DNA of 64,000 bases, taken from Antedon mediterranea (lineage: Eukaryota; Animalia; Echinodermata). Under the pieces are notes generated by a model, which made no database searches, was not told the origin of the DNA, and saw only the letters and a program-made list of their open reading frames with translations. The stretch is from the NCBI RefSeq assembly GCF_964355755.1, contig NC_092672.1:37888437-37952436 (forward strand), given 5' to 3'. Made by a program: the position numbers and the translations under genes. Shown in pieces: positions 13,801 to 25,203 of this stretch. Position 1 is the first letter of the stretch; the number at the start of each line of letters is the position of its first letter.

Positions 13801-16800
13801 CATTTTAACAGTTAGTTTGGGTTCCAGACGGAGTTTTGTCTGAATTTTAATAAAAAAGCTAAATATTTTTGCACATATGGCGCTTCATACGTATACTACT
13901 TGAGTTTTAATAAAAGAAATTAAATAAAAAAGACATTGAATACAGACTTGGGGCAAAGTCTATGTAACAGTCTAGACTCGTTTGAAGAAATTGTAGAACG
14001 TAGAAATAGCACGTAGAAATTGTAGCACGTAGAAATTGTAGCACGTAGAAATTGTAGCACGTCACAAGTTATGGTAAGTAAGTAGGTAATAATATTGATT
14101 GCTTTCCAAGAACAGTACAATTTATAAAACAGCATAATATTTAAATGAAAATAAATCACTACAAAACTAGTTTGCAAACAAAAATATTTAGTAAAGTAAT
14201 AATATTAAATGTAAATAAAGCTTTATTATAATCAATTACTTGTAGGCCTATATGAACCAATGTGCTGCAGCCATAAAAGTCTGAAAAACCAACTGATAAA
14301 AAGTGTAAGCTCTAAAGTAAGTCTATATACACGACGAAAACTGTGAGACAAATCTGGCAGTAAACATGCTTTTTATTTTTCTGATTATGAAACACATATA
14401 ACACTCTTGAGTTGAGTTGCCCTAAACATCTGTAGTTATTTCGAGACTTTTCGATGTTTGTCTGAAATAAAAGTTCAAGTAGTACACGTATGAAACGCCA
14501 TATGTGACTAAATATTTATCTTTTAAATAATATTAAGACTAATAACACTCTCCTGAACTTTTTGTTTGTTTTATCTTTATACTGGGTGACCTCTTCAGTC
14601 AAAGACTGATCTCCCAGAGGGCCCAGTTGGTGATCAGTGGCTGTGATGTACTAATACACCGGGGTAACCCCCTACTCGTCTCGAAAGATGTACTAGGTTC
14701 TTTAAAGTGCACACGAGCAAGTTGTGTACACTGGACCTACGGTTTATAGTCCTTATCCGAGAAGACTCGTTCTACCACCAGAACCATGGAGCGAGTGAGT
14801 CTCGAACCCCTGCCGATGTTATGGCTACGTGATTACGGTTCCACTGTCTTAACCGCTCGGCCACTCACTCACTAACTAAGATAGGCCTACTGTCTGGAAC
14901 CATGGATGAAGTATACTTATTGACTTTAGATGTCACTAGACGTTGAAAATAAAGAAAACTTATCATATGCATACATTAAAACAAATTGTTGAATGAATAT
15001 TATTTAAAGAATAATTTATGTTCTTACCATATAAATATTGGATACCAATTCTATCATCATCTGGTAAAGTGAACGATGCCTGATAGCCTTGATATGCAGG
15101 ATACATGAGTGATTTGTCTACGTTAGAGTGTTTCAAACCGAGGGAGTGTCCAATCTCGTGAGCGGCAACTTGAAAAAGGTTAAAGTCTACAAAAAAGCAT
15201 AATTGTAAATGGTCTTACTTATACTAAGATAGGCCTACTGTCTGGAACCATGGATGAAGTATACTTATTGACTTGAGGAACTGGCACAGTGCCAGATCTT
15301 TTATTGTAGGACGCAACGCGCGAAATGACACAAGCGCTCTGCAAGTAATTTGACCAATCACGGTCTAATACTGTTGTATAACCTAGATTGAATAATATAC
15401 TAACCAGTCGTTGATTTCTGAGTAAATACTTCATCATCATCAAAATGAACGTCACCAGCTAGGTCTCCAAAAGTGCCCGGTAAATATGCATGAGCCAATA
15501 AACCCCTTGGGCCATCAAATGGATACAGATCTCCGTGATAACCGGATCCAAAGCTCAATTCAATATCCGCTTTTTTGGATTCAATTCTAACGAATTGTAA
15601 AGGCGTAACGTCACTCCACACTCTGAATGCTCTAGCTATTATTTCATCGACATCATCATTAGTTAACAATCCTTTGCGATTCTTCGGATAAGTTTTAATC
15701 CTGAAAAAAAGAAGTAATTATTATGTACCGGTATATACAATTATTATTTGGATTGGTTGTTTGCTATAGTGGAGCTGTAGTTTGGTGGTTAATGTGTGCT
15801 TGCCTCCTAATTCCAAGGTCCAGGGTTCAATCCCAACCTAGTGCCGAAGTTATAACTCACGACTCTTTCAACTTCACTCACTAAGCCTCAAATAAGACTT
15901 AGTGTTTATAAGCACGATTAATTAAAATAGTTTCCATCCTGGAATTGGCGAGTTACTCGCTTTCGGATGCAAATGAAATAAAGGAAAAACAAAAAATATA
16001 TTTGTAACTCATACGAAAGATAATTGATTGAGCACGAACATATTAACATATTGGAACATTATATGTTACGGAAGCTGTAAATTGTAATTTAGAGCAAAAC
16101 ATAGCCAAATGGTCTGTCACTGGTCAGACAATAATTATATTTTTGGTTAAATGTAATTGTTTAATAATTATTTCACTTAGGCCTATAGAAATATAAGTGA
16201 AATCATTATTTTTGTTTGTTTTTTCTACGGAAGTGAAAAACTTATTTAAATGCACAATGTCCTATTCAAAGTCAAATTTTATTAATTTTCATTTTTCATG
16301 TTTTTTGGAGGACAATTATACATCTTTAAATATTTAAAATAAAAGGTACATTCATTTTTACCTGTAAGTAAGGTTCTGTTTTTCCCATTTTTCACCTGCA
16401 ATGGCGTATCGTTTGTTTAGCCTGCCGCCAAGACTGTTGCCATCCTCATTTGGTATCGTTGGGTCTGGCACACCACATCGGGGTTTGTCCATTTGTTCAA
16501 GTGTTTCAGCGTCAATTTCTCCTGTCACGCGTATACCGTAAAATGTCTGGAATTGCGTAATTGCTTTTTTCATTCTGTCACTCTCCCTGATCTCCGATGG
16601 ACCCATCGTACCATCATTTGGCAGATATCCAAATTTTTTTAGAAAAGTCTATTTAAAAAAAACATAACATTTTCATTTTTCTGTCACTCTGTCTTATTAA
16701 TCTCAGATGGACCCATCGTACCATCATTTGGCAGATATCCAAATTTTTTTTGAAAAGTCTATTTAAAAAAACATAACATTTTCATTTTTCTGTCACTCTG

Positions 16801-17936
16801 TCTTATTAATCTCAGATGGACCCATCGTACCATCATTTGGCAGATATCCAATTTTTTTTAGAAAAGTCTATTAAAAAAAAAACATAAAATTTTCATTTTT
16901 CTGTCACTCTGTCTTATTAATCTCAGATGGACCCATCGTACCATCATTTGGCAGATATCCAAATTTTTTTAGAAAAGTCTATTTAAAAAAAACAATAACA
17001 TTTTCATTTTTCTGTCACTCTGTCTTATTAATCTCAGATGGACCCATCGTACCATCATTTGGCAGATATCCAAAGTTTTGTAGAAAACTCTATTTAAAAA
17101 ACATAAAATTATTCATGAAAAATATTGCTACATTTTTATTTTTTAACCAACGAAATAGTTATGGTATTGTACAGAGACACATTTATTATTTATTTCAGTC
17201 ACTGTCAAGATTTATCAGCATACGCTGTTTAGGGTCACTCCCTATAAATAAGGTAAAATTAAAAAAAAAATAAATTTCATTAAAGTCATGTTTAGCTTTT
17301 GAAGAACTTTAAAAACTTCGCGTCTTATTGAATCGCAAATAAAAAAAGTAATGTCTGAACAGCGCATGCGCTTCTTAATCCAGCTGAACGCAACGCAGGA
17401 ACGTAACGTAAGTACCTTTTACTAGTCTTGTTCCAGACGGAGTTTGTTTTAATATTAGGTACATATTATTATACGTATACTACTTGAGTTTCAGACAAAA
17501 ATCGAAATAAAAACAAATAAATAAAAAAAGACAATGAATACACAGACTTGGAGCAAGTCTAATCTTTTATCAACACGGTTGATCATCCGAACTGTCACCC
17601 TTTGATTGGTAAACTTTATAACTTACGTTGCGCATACGCCGTTGCGAAACCTAATGATGTAAGCGCAACGTAAGTGATTTGACCAATCACACGCAATGGA
17701 TTATTCACTTGTCATTGGTCAATTCGCTTGAGTTGCGCCACGCCCTTACGTTGCGTCTCTAGGTACAGTTTTATAGAGTTTATGCAAACTGCCTACGGTC
17801 TTATATTACCTACCTGAGTTTGCATAACTTCATCGTCAGTAGCTGACGACTGAGTATGATGATCAGCATGCGTAACAACAAAACAGGCGCATGTTATGCC
17901 AAAGGTGCATAACACTAAATACTTCAAAATCGCCAT
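10822..17936 (-). CDS. Membrane-type matrix metalloproteinase, paralog B (8 exons, probable GPI anchor)
   Basis: Exons 17814-17936, 16362-16648, 15405-15700, 15028-15186, 13641-13753, 13152-13296, 11734-12006 and 10822-11042. Exons 2, 3, 4 and 7 match paralog A in size (287, 296, 159, 273 nt). Motifs [26 protein letters not shown], hemopexin repeats and a hydrophobic C-terminus. Confidence 0.95.
11445..11712 (+). mobile_element. tRNA-derived SINE
   Basis: A-box-like TGGCTTGGTGG, B-box-like GGTTCCAGTCC and an (AATA)n tail. Related pieces at about 15770-15990, 33295-33385 and 38450-38565 (minus). Confidence 0.55.
12707..13117. mobile_element. Two head-to-tail copies of MITE family B (about 180 bp each) inside an older family-B copy
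   Basis: AAGCTTGGTTCCCACTAGAACG starts at about 12706 and again at about 12888; an extra terminal CTAGTGGGAACCAAGCTT lies at about 13100-13117. Confidence 0.8.
14636..14870 (-). mobile_element. tRNA-derived SINE with a Deu/Nin-like central domain
   Basis: Reverse complement matches 39520-39750: TGGCCGAGCGGTTAAG A-box, GGGTTCGAGACTC B-box, then CGGATAAGGACTATAAACCGTAGGTCC...TTTAAAGAACC...GAGTAGGGGGTTACCCCGGTG. Confidence 0.8.
16590..17110. repeat. About 110-bp tandem repeat (x5) of the MMP-B intron 1/exon 2 junction
   Basis: GATGGACCCATCGTACCATCATTTGGCAGATATCCAA recurs with about 110-bp period; minus-strand acceptor AGs at 16649-50, 16759-60, 16868-69, 16979-80 and 17090-91. Confidence 0.95.
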
Positions 17937-18289
17937 AGTAAATCTTCTTGTTCTCTCTTCGTTGTGCAGTTAATTCGGGATAGCAAATAATAAATAATAT
18001 CAGTTCAGCTGTCTTATTTATATAGTTTTATAAGGTGAATGTATACCACATCAGGAAGGATACATATTCATGATTATGGGAATTATTCAACATACAATCG
18101 ATTATAGTATGTTACTATGAAATTTGTGGGTAGGCCTACGTACTATTAGTCGGTATGACGAAAAGACAATGAACTTATTATGATATTATTATTATTATTA
18201 TAAACTTTATGTGACATAACAAATGTGATTTGCACATATAATTATGGACATGATAATTTGAACTTATTGATAGTTTTAATTCTAAACAC

Positions 18290-19465
18290 TGTGAAAACAC
18301 TTCCTCTTTTAGTGTTTTTCAATTAAATGCAAGAAGCCTAGTTAAGCATTTTGACGAAATCAATGATTTTGTAAACATTATGAATCACAAATTTACGGCA
18401 TTATGTTTTTCAGAGACTTTTTTTTAATAATAGTAAAACAATTTGTTCTTTTTACAGTATGGCCGGTTAAAATATTATATATATATTACAGAAATCAAGA
18501 ACTGATAGGCCTGGTGGTGGTGTCGCTATATATCTTGATCGGAGACATCAATACAAATTGCGTAATGATCTTTCTTCTATTATTTCCAACAATTCTGAAT
18601 CCATCTTCATTGAAATTAAAGCCCAACCAAAAAATATAATCCTTTCTGTAATACTGTATACCGAAACCCTGAATTACCTGTAAACTCTTTCAATACAAAT
18701 ATTTCAAAAATTCTCGAAATTATACACAATGAAAACAAAACTGCATACCTTACTGGGGATTTCAATATTAACTTACTAAATTCCCGACTAAATTGCAATT
18801 CACACAAACGTCCGAATTTATCAGTACTTTAATTTTTCAATCTCATACCAAAAGTCTTTTTCATAATTTTCGAATTCTTAATATTTATGATTTGAATAAA
18901 GTCCAAATAGCTGCCTTTATGTACAGAGTAGGCCTACACAAGCAAACACTGCCTTCATATCTAAACAATTTATTCATTTCTACTTCTTCTGTTCACAATT
19001 ATTCAACTAGATTTTCTGCTAACAATTTTTATTCTATATCACCCTGCAATTCCCAACTTAGACTACATTCCATTTTTTATGCTGGCCCCAAATTATGGCA
19101 ATTTATTTCCAAGTTAAACTTAGATAAAACATCAGTTAATACCTTTTTAAGCGTGCGTTTAAACTGTCTCTGATCTCGATATATGTAAATACCACTCTAC
19201 TTATTTATTATTTATTATAGGCCTATATCATACAATATATATATGAAACATGGAATAATTTCTTTTTTGTATACTGCCTTACTTATTTACTTATTTATTT
19301 ATTTACTTATTTATTCAATGCTTTTATATTTATTGTAATTATTATTATTGTCTAAGGTTGCTTATAAGCTTAAAGATCTATGCTCTGCACAGATCTTAAT
19401 ATATGCATCCTCCATGTACTAGGTTGTAGTAGTATGTGGAAAATAAATTAAATTGAATTGAATTG
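18290..19465 (+). mobile_element. Degenerate CR1/L2-group LINE remnant (APE endonuclease start joined to ORF2 C-terminus and 3' tail)
   Basis: FQLNARSLVKHFDEI, YTMK/YLTGDFNINLL-type APE motifs, then HTKSLF..ILNIYDL..FMY..LPSYL..HNYSTR typical of the CR1/L2 ORF2 end, and the tail AAATAAATTAAATTGAATTGAATTG. Confidence 0.75.
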
Positions 19466-20129
19466 GGCATATATCAATACCACACTTTTTATGTCAAACT
19501 AGTTTGATAATGCAGATAGAGCTTTAGTCAAAGATTTCGATAAATTCTCCCAGTGAATCGATCAAAACAGGCTCAAGATCTGATAATTGTGTTTTTATCC
19601 TTAATTATTTGTTCTTTTTTCTTCGATTTATGGTTAAAGTGACCATGAAACGGGATGCAAACACAATGATTGAAAGGGCTTTTTTTTATGTTGCGTCGGC
19701 GTCGCTTTAAGGCCTATTTCCAACACTATTGCCTGTTAAACAAATACATTAATGTGTGTGCACAACATAATTCATGTTACGATTAATACAAACGTTGATT
19801 ATCTTACAGTAGTAAAACAATGTAATGATTGATGATTATGGGGTAGTGGTTGTACGAGGGAAACAATACTGGCGGCGGTATTGGCAATTTCTTGGTAATG
19901 TTAATGATGACGTAACAATTATTATCTACACCATTATGATTTTATTTTCCGTTAGTCGAAAGCTTAATTGCTCAGCATTTTTTTTTCTAAGGCTCTTTAC
20001 GTTTACGCCTTGTGTCTGATCGCTCCAAATTCATTTTAATTTGCGAATCAATCGAAGGTATAGTAAGTTTAATACGACATTACACGTCTTCTTCAACAGT
20101 GTGCTTTTGTATTTCAAGATTAATAAGAT

Positions 20130-20540
20130 GACTCTCTCAATATGGGTGATAAGTAATAGTCCTACCCTCAAATTATGTGACTGTGTATAAAAGAAAACAA
20201 CGAAATACCATGAATAAGTATGACTTAATTTAGTCCCTCACTTATGGCTCTCTCAATATGGGTGATAAGTAATAGTCCTACCCTCGAATTATGTGACTGT
20301 GTATAAAAGAAAACCACGAAATACCATGAATAAGTATGACATAATTTAGTCTCTCACTTATGGCTCTTTCAATATGGGTGATGAGACCCTCGAATTATTT
20401 TACTGTGTATAAAAGAAAAAACAAAGGAAATAATAATAGATATAAATGTCGAATAACTTAATTTAAGTGTATGACTTAATTTAAGTGTATGACTTATTTT
20501 AAGTGTATGACTTATTTTAAGTGTATGACTTATTTTAATT
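20130..20540. repeat. Local tandem duplications (about 120-bp unit x2.5, then 20-bp unit x4)
   Basis: CTCTCTCAATATGGGTGATAAGTAATAGTCCTACCCTC repeats, followed by (ATTTAAGTGTATGACTTA/TT)n. The paralogous region at about 7915-8040 is single-copy. Confidence 0.85.
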
Positions 20541-22478
20541 AAACTGGCAATGAATCACCTCCTTTGCCATATAAATCATGACAATGTGACAATGTCATAA
20601 CATTATGACGATATTATGCCCTATATTCATGTGTCCATAACATAAGTGGGTTATGGCCTACAAACAATCAATTATTCGATATTTGGTCTATTCAACACGT
20701 TTAATGTTGCATGTTGAAAGACTTCAGCGCTGGGCGTACAACCAACCAACCAGTTGTTTGGTTGACTACGTTGTTTTCGTTTGTTATTGTGTTGCTAAAA
20801 GTTTCGTAGTAGTAATTGAATTTAGGGTTTTAATACATTTTTTGAAACAACAAAAGCGTGGTACCGGTTTTGGAGGGTACAAACAACGTGTCGTGGTATA
20901 ATATCTTTATGCGCTCAAACGTGCGAAATGTGTATACAGTTCGACGCAAACGTGCAATAACTCGTTAGCACTGTGTTACGTGTAACCACACCACCAAGCA
21001 CGGTTCTTAATCATGTTGAGACGACGTCAATATTTAGTCATATTAATTATGAATCACATAATTGGGGGATAATAATGGTAGTGTTGTTTTATTTGTGACC
21101 AAGTGAGACTAAACAAAATGCCAATGTGCTTTATCGTTATCACCATATTTTAATTGTTTTTTACTGTCGTCACATATCTTTTAAAGCTTGGTTCTCACTT
21201 GGCAACGCAACGCAAGGACGTATGCGCAACGCAAGGACGTATGCGCAACTCAAGGACGTATGCGCAACGCAAGGACGTATGCGCAACAAAAGCGCGTTGA
21301 TCAATCCAAGCGACAGTAGTAAGATAATTCATCATTTGGTTTGGTCAATACTTACTCTTGCGGTGCGTCTCCTAGTGGGAACCAAGCTTACGAATTCAAG
21401 TGAATAGTATCGCTATTTGTACTCTTAAACTATACAAATGAGGTAACTTAACTGAGCTACAACATTTGACGAGCGCATCTTTGCAATAAGCCTCTCAAAT
21501 AGGCCTGGTCCAACAATACATATTGTAAACAAACATTATTTCTTTTTTTTTCTATTAATGTAGGTCTAATGTGGTATGTTTCAATATGAATACCGCACAT
21601 GCTAACAGAACAAATGTTATTCTAACCTCACACGCGGATGTAGGCCCTGTAAGCTAGAACAGGTAGTTGGCTTCCTGTAACCCTGACACTTACAAGTTAT
21701 ATATTCTCTCCAAATAAGGTATAACTGTGTCATTGGGTAGTGGTTGTGGCCTACTGAAGGAAACCAACAATAAACGGATTGTATATTAAACATCGAATGA
21801 TGTGTATCTATGATATAACAGGATAGGGGTTAGGCAACCTGCCAGTAGAAGAAACAGACGCACAACCTATAACTCAGATGCTCAAAGGGCTACGGGCTTA
21901 CACAGCATTTATTATCAAATATATACAAATATTTAAAATGTGTTGTTGGTACACAGACAAAGTTCTTAAATTTTTTTAAAAAGGTTAAAAAAACATACCG
22001 ACAAAAGAGAAATTCCAATAACAAAAAAAAAAGCAAACAAAGAGAGTGGCAAAAATGAAGGAGTGCCTATAAACTTATATATACTTATACTACAATACAA
22101 ATGGGAAATTGCAGCACGTTTTCCCCCTCCGTGGATATCATGACTCGGCAAGTTTCTAATGTTTGTTCCTCTCTCACAGGTTTAACACCAATTGCTCTTT
22201 CGAAACGATTTAGATATACTACAGTATACAGTACTAAATTTATCTTATCAATATAGGTAGGCGACTTCCATTAGAACTTTACGCCGCCATGACTTAACAT
22301 AGAGGGCGCCGTAAACGAAAGTGATAATGACAAGTTGTCTGTTTCCAAGAAAAAATTCTTGCATTTCATTGGTCAAAAGTATAGCGCGTTGAGGTTGACC
22401 GCTTATTTAATTATGTTGATATTCATATTCCTATAGACTCACCACCACCAAAGGGTGTGTGAGTTCTATGGAACGCCG

Positions 22479-24659
22479 CACAGTGGGCCAGAATCAATTC
22501 AAAGTGTGCCAAAAGTCCAAAATGGTAAATGTGGCATTCCGAACTTTTTAATATTGGATTAGGAAGAAGACATCTTAAATTATATAAATCCACTAATAAT
22601 TTAATTTTTTGTAAATTTTAATAGTGTCTTGTAACCATGGAAACTTGAAGAAACCATGACATTTCACTTAAAATGAGCAAAAACAACAGTTTTGATAAAT
22701 TCGCTGTTATTTTTTCTTGAAAAAAGCAATGGATTTGATACTGCATGAAATTGTCTGTTATTAATAATATTAGGCAGTAAAATAACATTTTCGATTATTG
22801 CTTTATTTTAGGGTTAAAAGTCACAAAATATAGCCCAAAAAATACCCAAAAATCGTATTTTTAAAGTAAAACGACTAAAATAGTTTGGATTCGCGTCGAT
22901 TCGCGCGCTAATTTGGACATTAGTATTTCGAGCAAAGCTTGAGCTTTACGTTAATACCAAATTTGGCTGCGAAAATTTGCGACATTGCATATAGGAAGCT
23001 ATTTAAATGTCCCGTTTTAAAATAAATGTATAATGCATTTTCATTGACACATTGATGTACCGCAAGCGCACGAACTTGACGAAGAGAAAACCTTTCCACG
23101 ACGCGTCTGTATTGGAAAAGAGAATGCTACCAGTGTGAGAATAAGCATTCATAAATGTAGGTACAGGTAACATGGCCTCCATATCAAAATACAACCTTTA
23201 AAGCTGTCCATTCGGCTGGTTTAATTACCAACATTGAACTAGCCTGCAATGTATGTTTACGTAAATTGCGTTTACATTACAATGTAAGGAATGACGAGAA
23301 CATAATACCAAAATAACTTTTGGAGTATAGGCCTACTACTAAAACTATCAAACCATTTCTTTATTATACGAAGAAGATGGTACAAGTATGGCCGTCACAA
23401 GGTTCATTTCATCAGCTATTATTAGTCAGAGAACCAGAAGAACTTCTTCATGCTGCTTCACAAGGCGTCTATTAAGACCAGCTAAAATAATCAAGTTTTA
23501 TCGCTTTTCTGTACTTTTTGAACTGTTTTGATGTACATTACTTTTTGAAAGTTCATTTTTTTATGAGAGCACGCGACTTATGGCTGTTGGCCTTGTATAT
23601 GTGGAGCTACCCCAAAACAGTTGAATGATTTGGATAAACTCCCATCGTCAAGTGAAGAAGCCTACAGCTATGGCTCTCGCCACTACACAAATGGAGTAGG
23701 TGCTTCAAAATGCTAATTCATATTGGTACAGAATGCCAGAAAAAAAGTGGCGTATTTCGTCTGATAGTGAAAAAGCCCCCTGGCGCATATACCCATGTGG
23801 TCCTTCGCCAGTATTCATCCAGATCCAGATCAGAAGCCATCGTTGCCGATATGAAGAAAAGAAATACACGATCGGTTTAAAGAAGATATAGGAATGAAAG
23901 TAGATGAACCTAAACAAGGTTCAGGAAAACAATCGCTGAAATTTGCGGGTTGGATGTAAATCTAGTACGTGTTTAGACCCTTTACAATTTGGGGACTACT
24001 GCCGAAAAACAGCAGAGTTATATATACAACTCTATCCATGGTATAAAATGCCAGTGAGTGTACATGTTCTCCTAGTTCATGGTTCATCTATTATTTCGAG
24101 TTCTGTATTACTGATAGGTATGATGAGCGAAGAGTCTATCGATGAAAACATACAATGAAAACAAACGACAACATAAGTGATGTATTTCAGTCATTCAGTC
24201 AGTCAACCTATTTTCAATATTAATATTATGACATCATACTGTACATTAAAAGGATGGTTTCATTGAACTCTGTGGATCTTTAAATAATTTAAGTAGGCCT
24301 ACGTTGCAATCATGGATGCAATTTAATCACACATGATATTGCAATGAGAATTAAAGTCATCTAATCATTTTATGGCGTCTAATATATTAAGAAAATGTTC
24401 CAGTTGGATTTATTGGGTGTAATAGAAACCCTTACACTTTCAATAACGAATGTAATATCAATCGACATAAGAATTACAAGCACATTCGCCTCAACCAATC
24501 AGAAAACACCATTTGTATTACGTCATACCTATTTAAAAATACTCCCATTAAATTCTACGAGTCTGAAAACCCCTTAGATCCTTTAAAAATTAAGGTAATC
24601 AGTATTTATTTATGCGTATAGACTTTTGGCACACTTTGAACCAATTCTGGCCCACTGTG
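22479..24659 (+). mobile_element. Non-autonomous Transib (RAG1-related) DNA transposon with transposase remnants
   Basis: About 39-bp TIRs: CACAGTGGGCCAGAAT..TTCAAAGTGTGCCAAAAGTC and its reverse complement at 24621-24659. Perfect 5-bp TSD CGCCG (22474-78 and 24660-64). Remnant peptides YGLSPLH, GMKVDEPKQGSG and LYPWYKMPVSVHVLLVHGSSII..IGMMSEES. Confidence 0.93.
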
Positions 24660-25203
24660 CGCCGGGTGTGCCACTCACTTTCAAAGACCTAACAGTCCGG
24701 CCATAGGAACTGACCATGCTTATCATATTTAAGGTTTTAGTTAATCGCGATTGTGAGTGAGAAAGCACATACCACGCTTAATGGTTAATGACTGCATGAC
24801 CAAAATCAAGTGTTTCGGCTGAGAAGTTAGTTCTCCGAAAACAACATTAAATTTATACCTTGTGGTCACATAATTCGTATACAGGCCGAGTTCAGTAGTA
24901 CCTATGCATGGACTGTACCATTTTTTCCGAACATAGGCTAAATAAATTCTAGATTTAGGCAGGCGATTATGCAAGCCTTGAATATAATATTTTATTTCTA
25001 TTGTTTTAAATATGTGTGTATCCTACTGATACAAAAGTGATTCAAAGATTCAAATAAAGATAATTTTAGAATAGCCAATTCTCATTCCTTCCGGTCGAAA
25101 GTGTACGCTTCATTAACCACGAACGTATGACGTCACGTAATAACATTTTTTCGCTCAAAGCTTCCACTACAATTAAAGTTTTTACGGTGGCCACGAGGTA
25201 AAC

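Noticed and set aside
23700-24158. Short ORFs as an active RAG1-like gene
   Set aside because: Only frameshifted, deleted Transib transposase fragments; the catalytic core is incomplete and no RAG2-like ORF is present.
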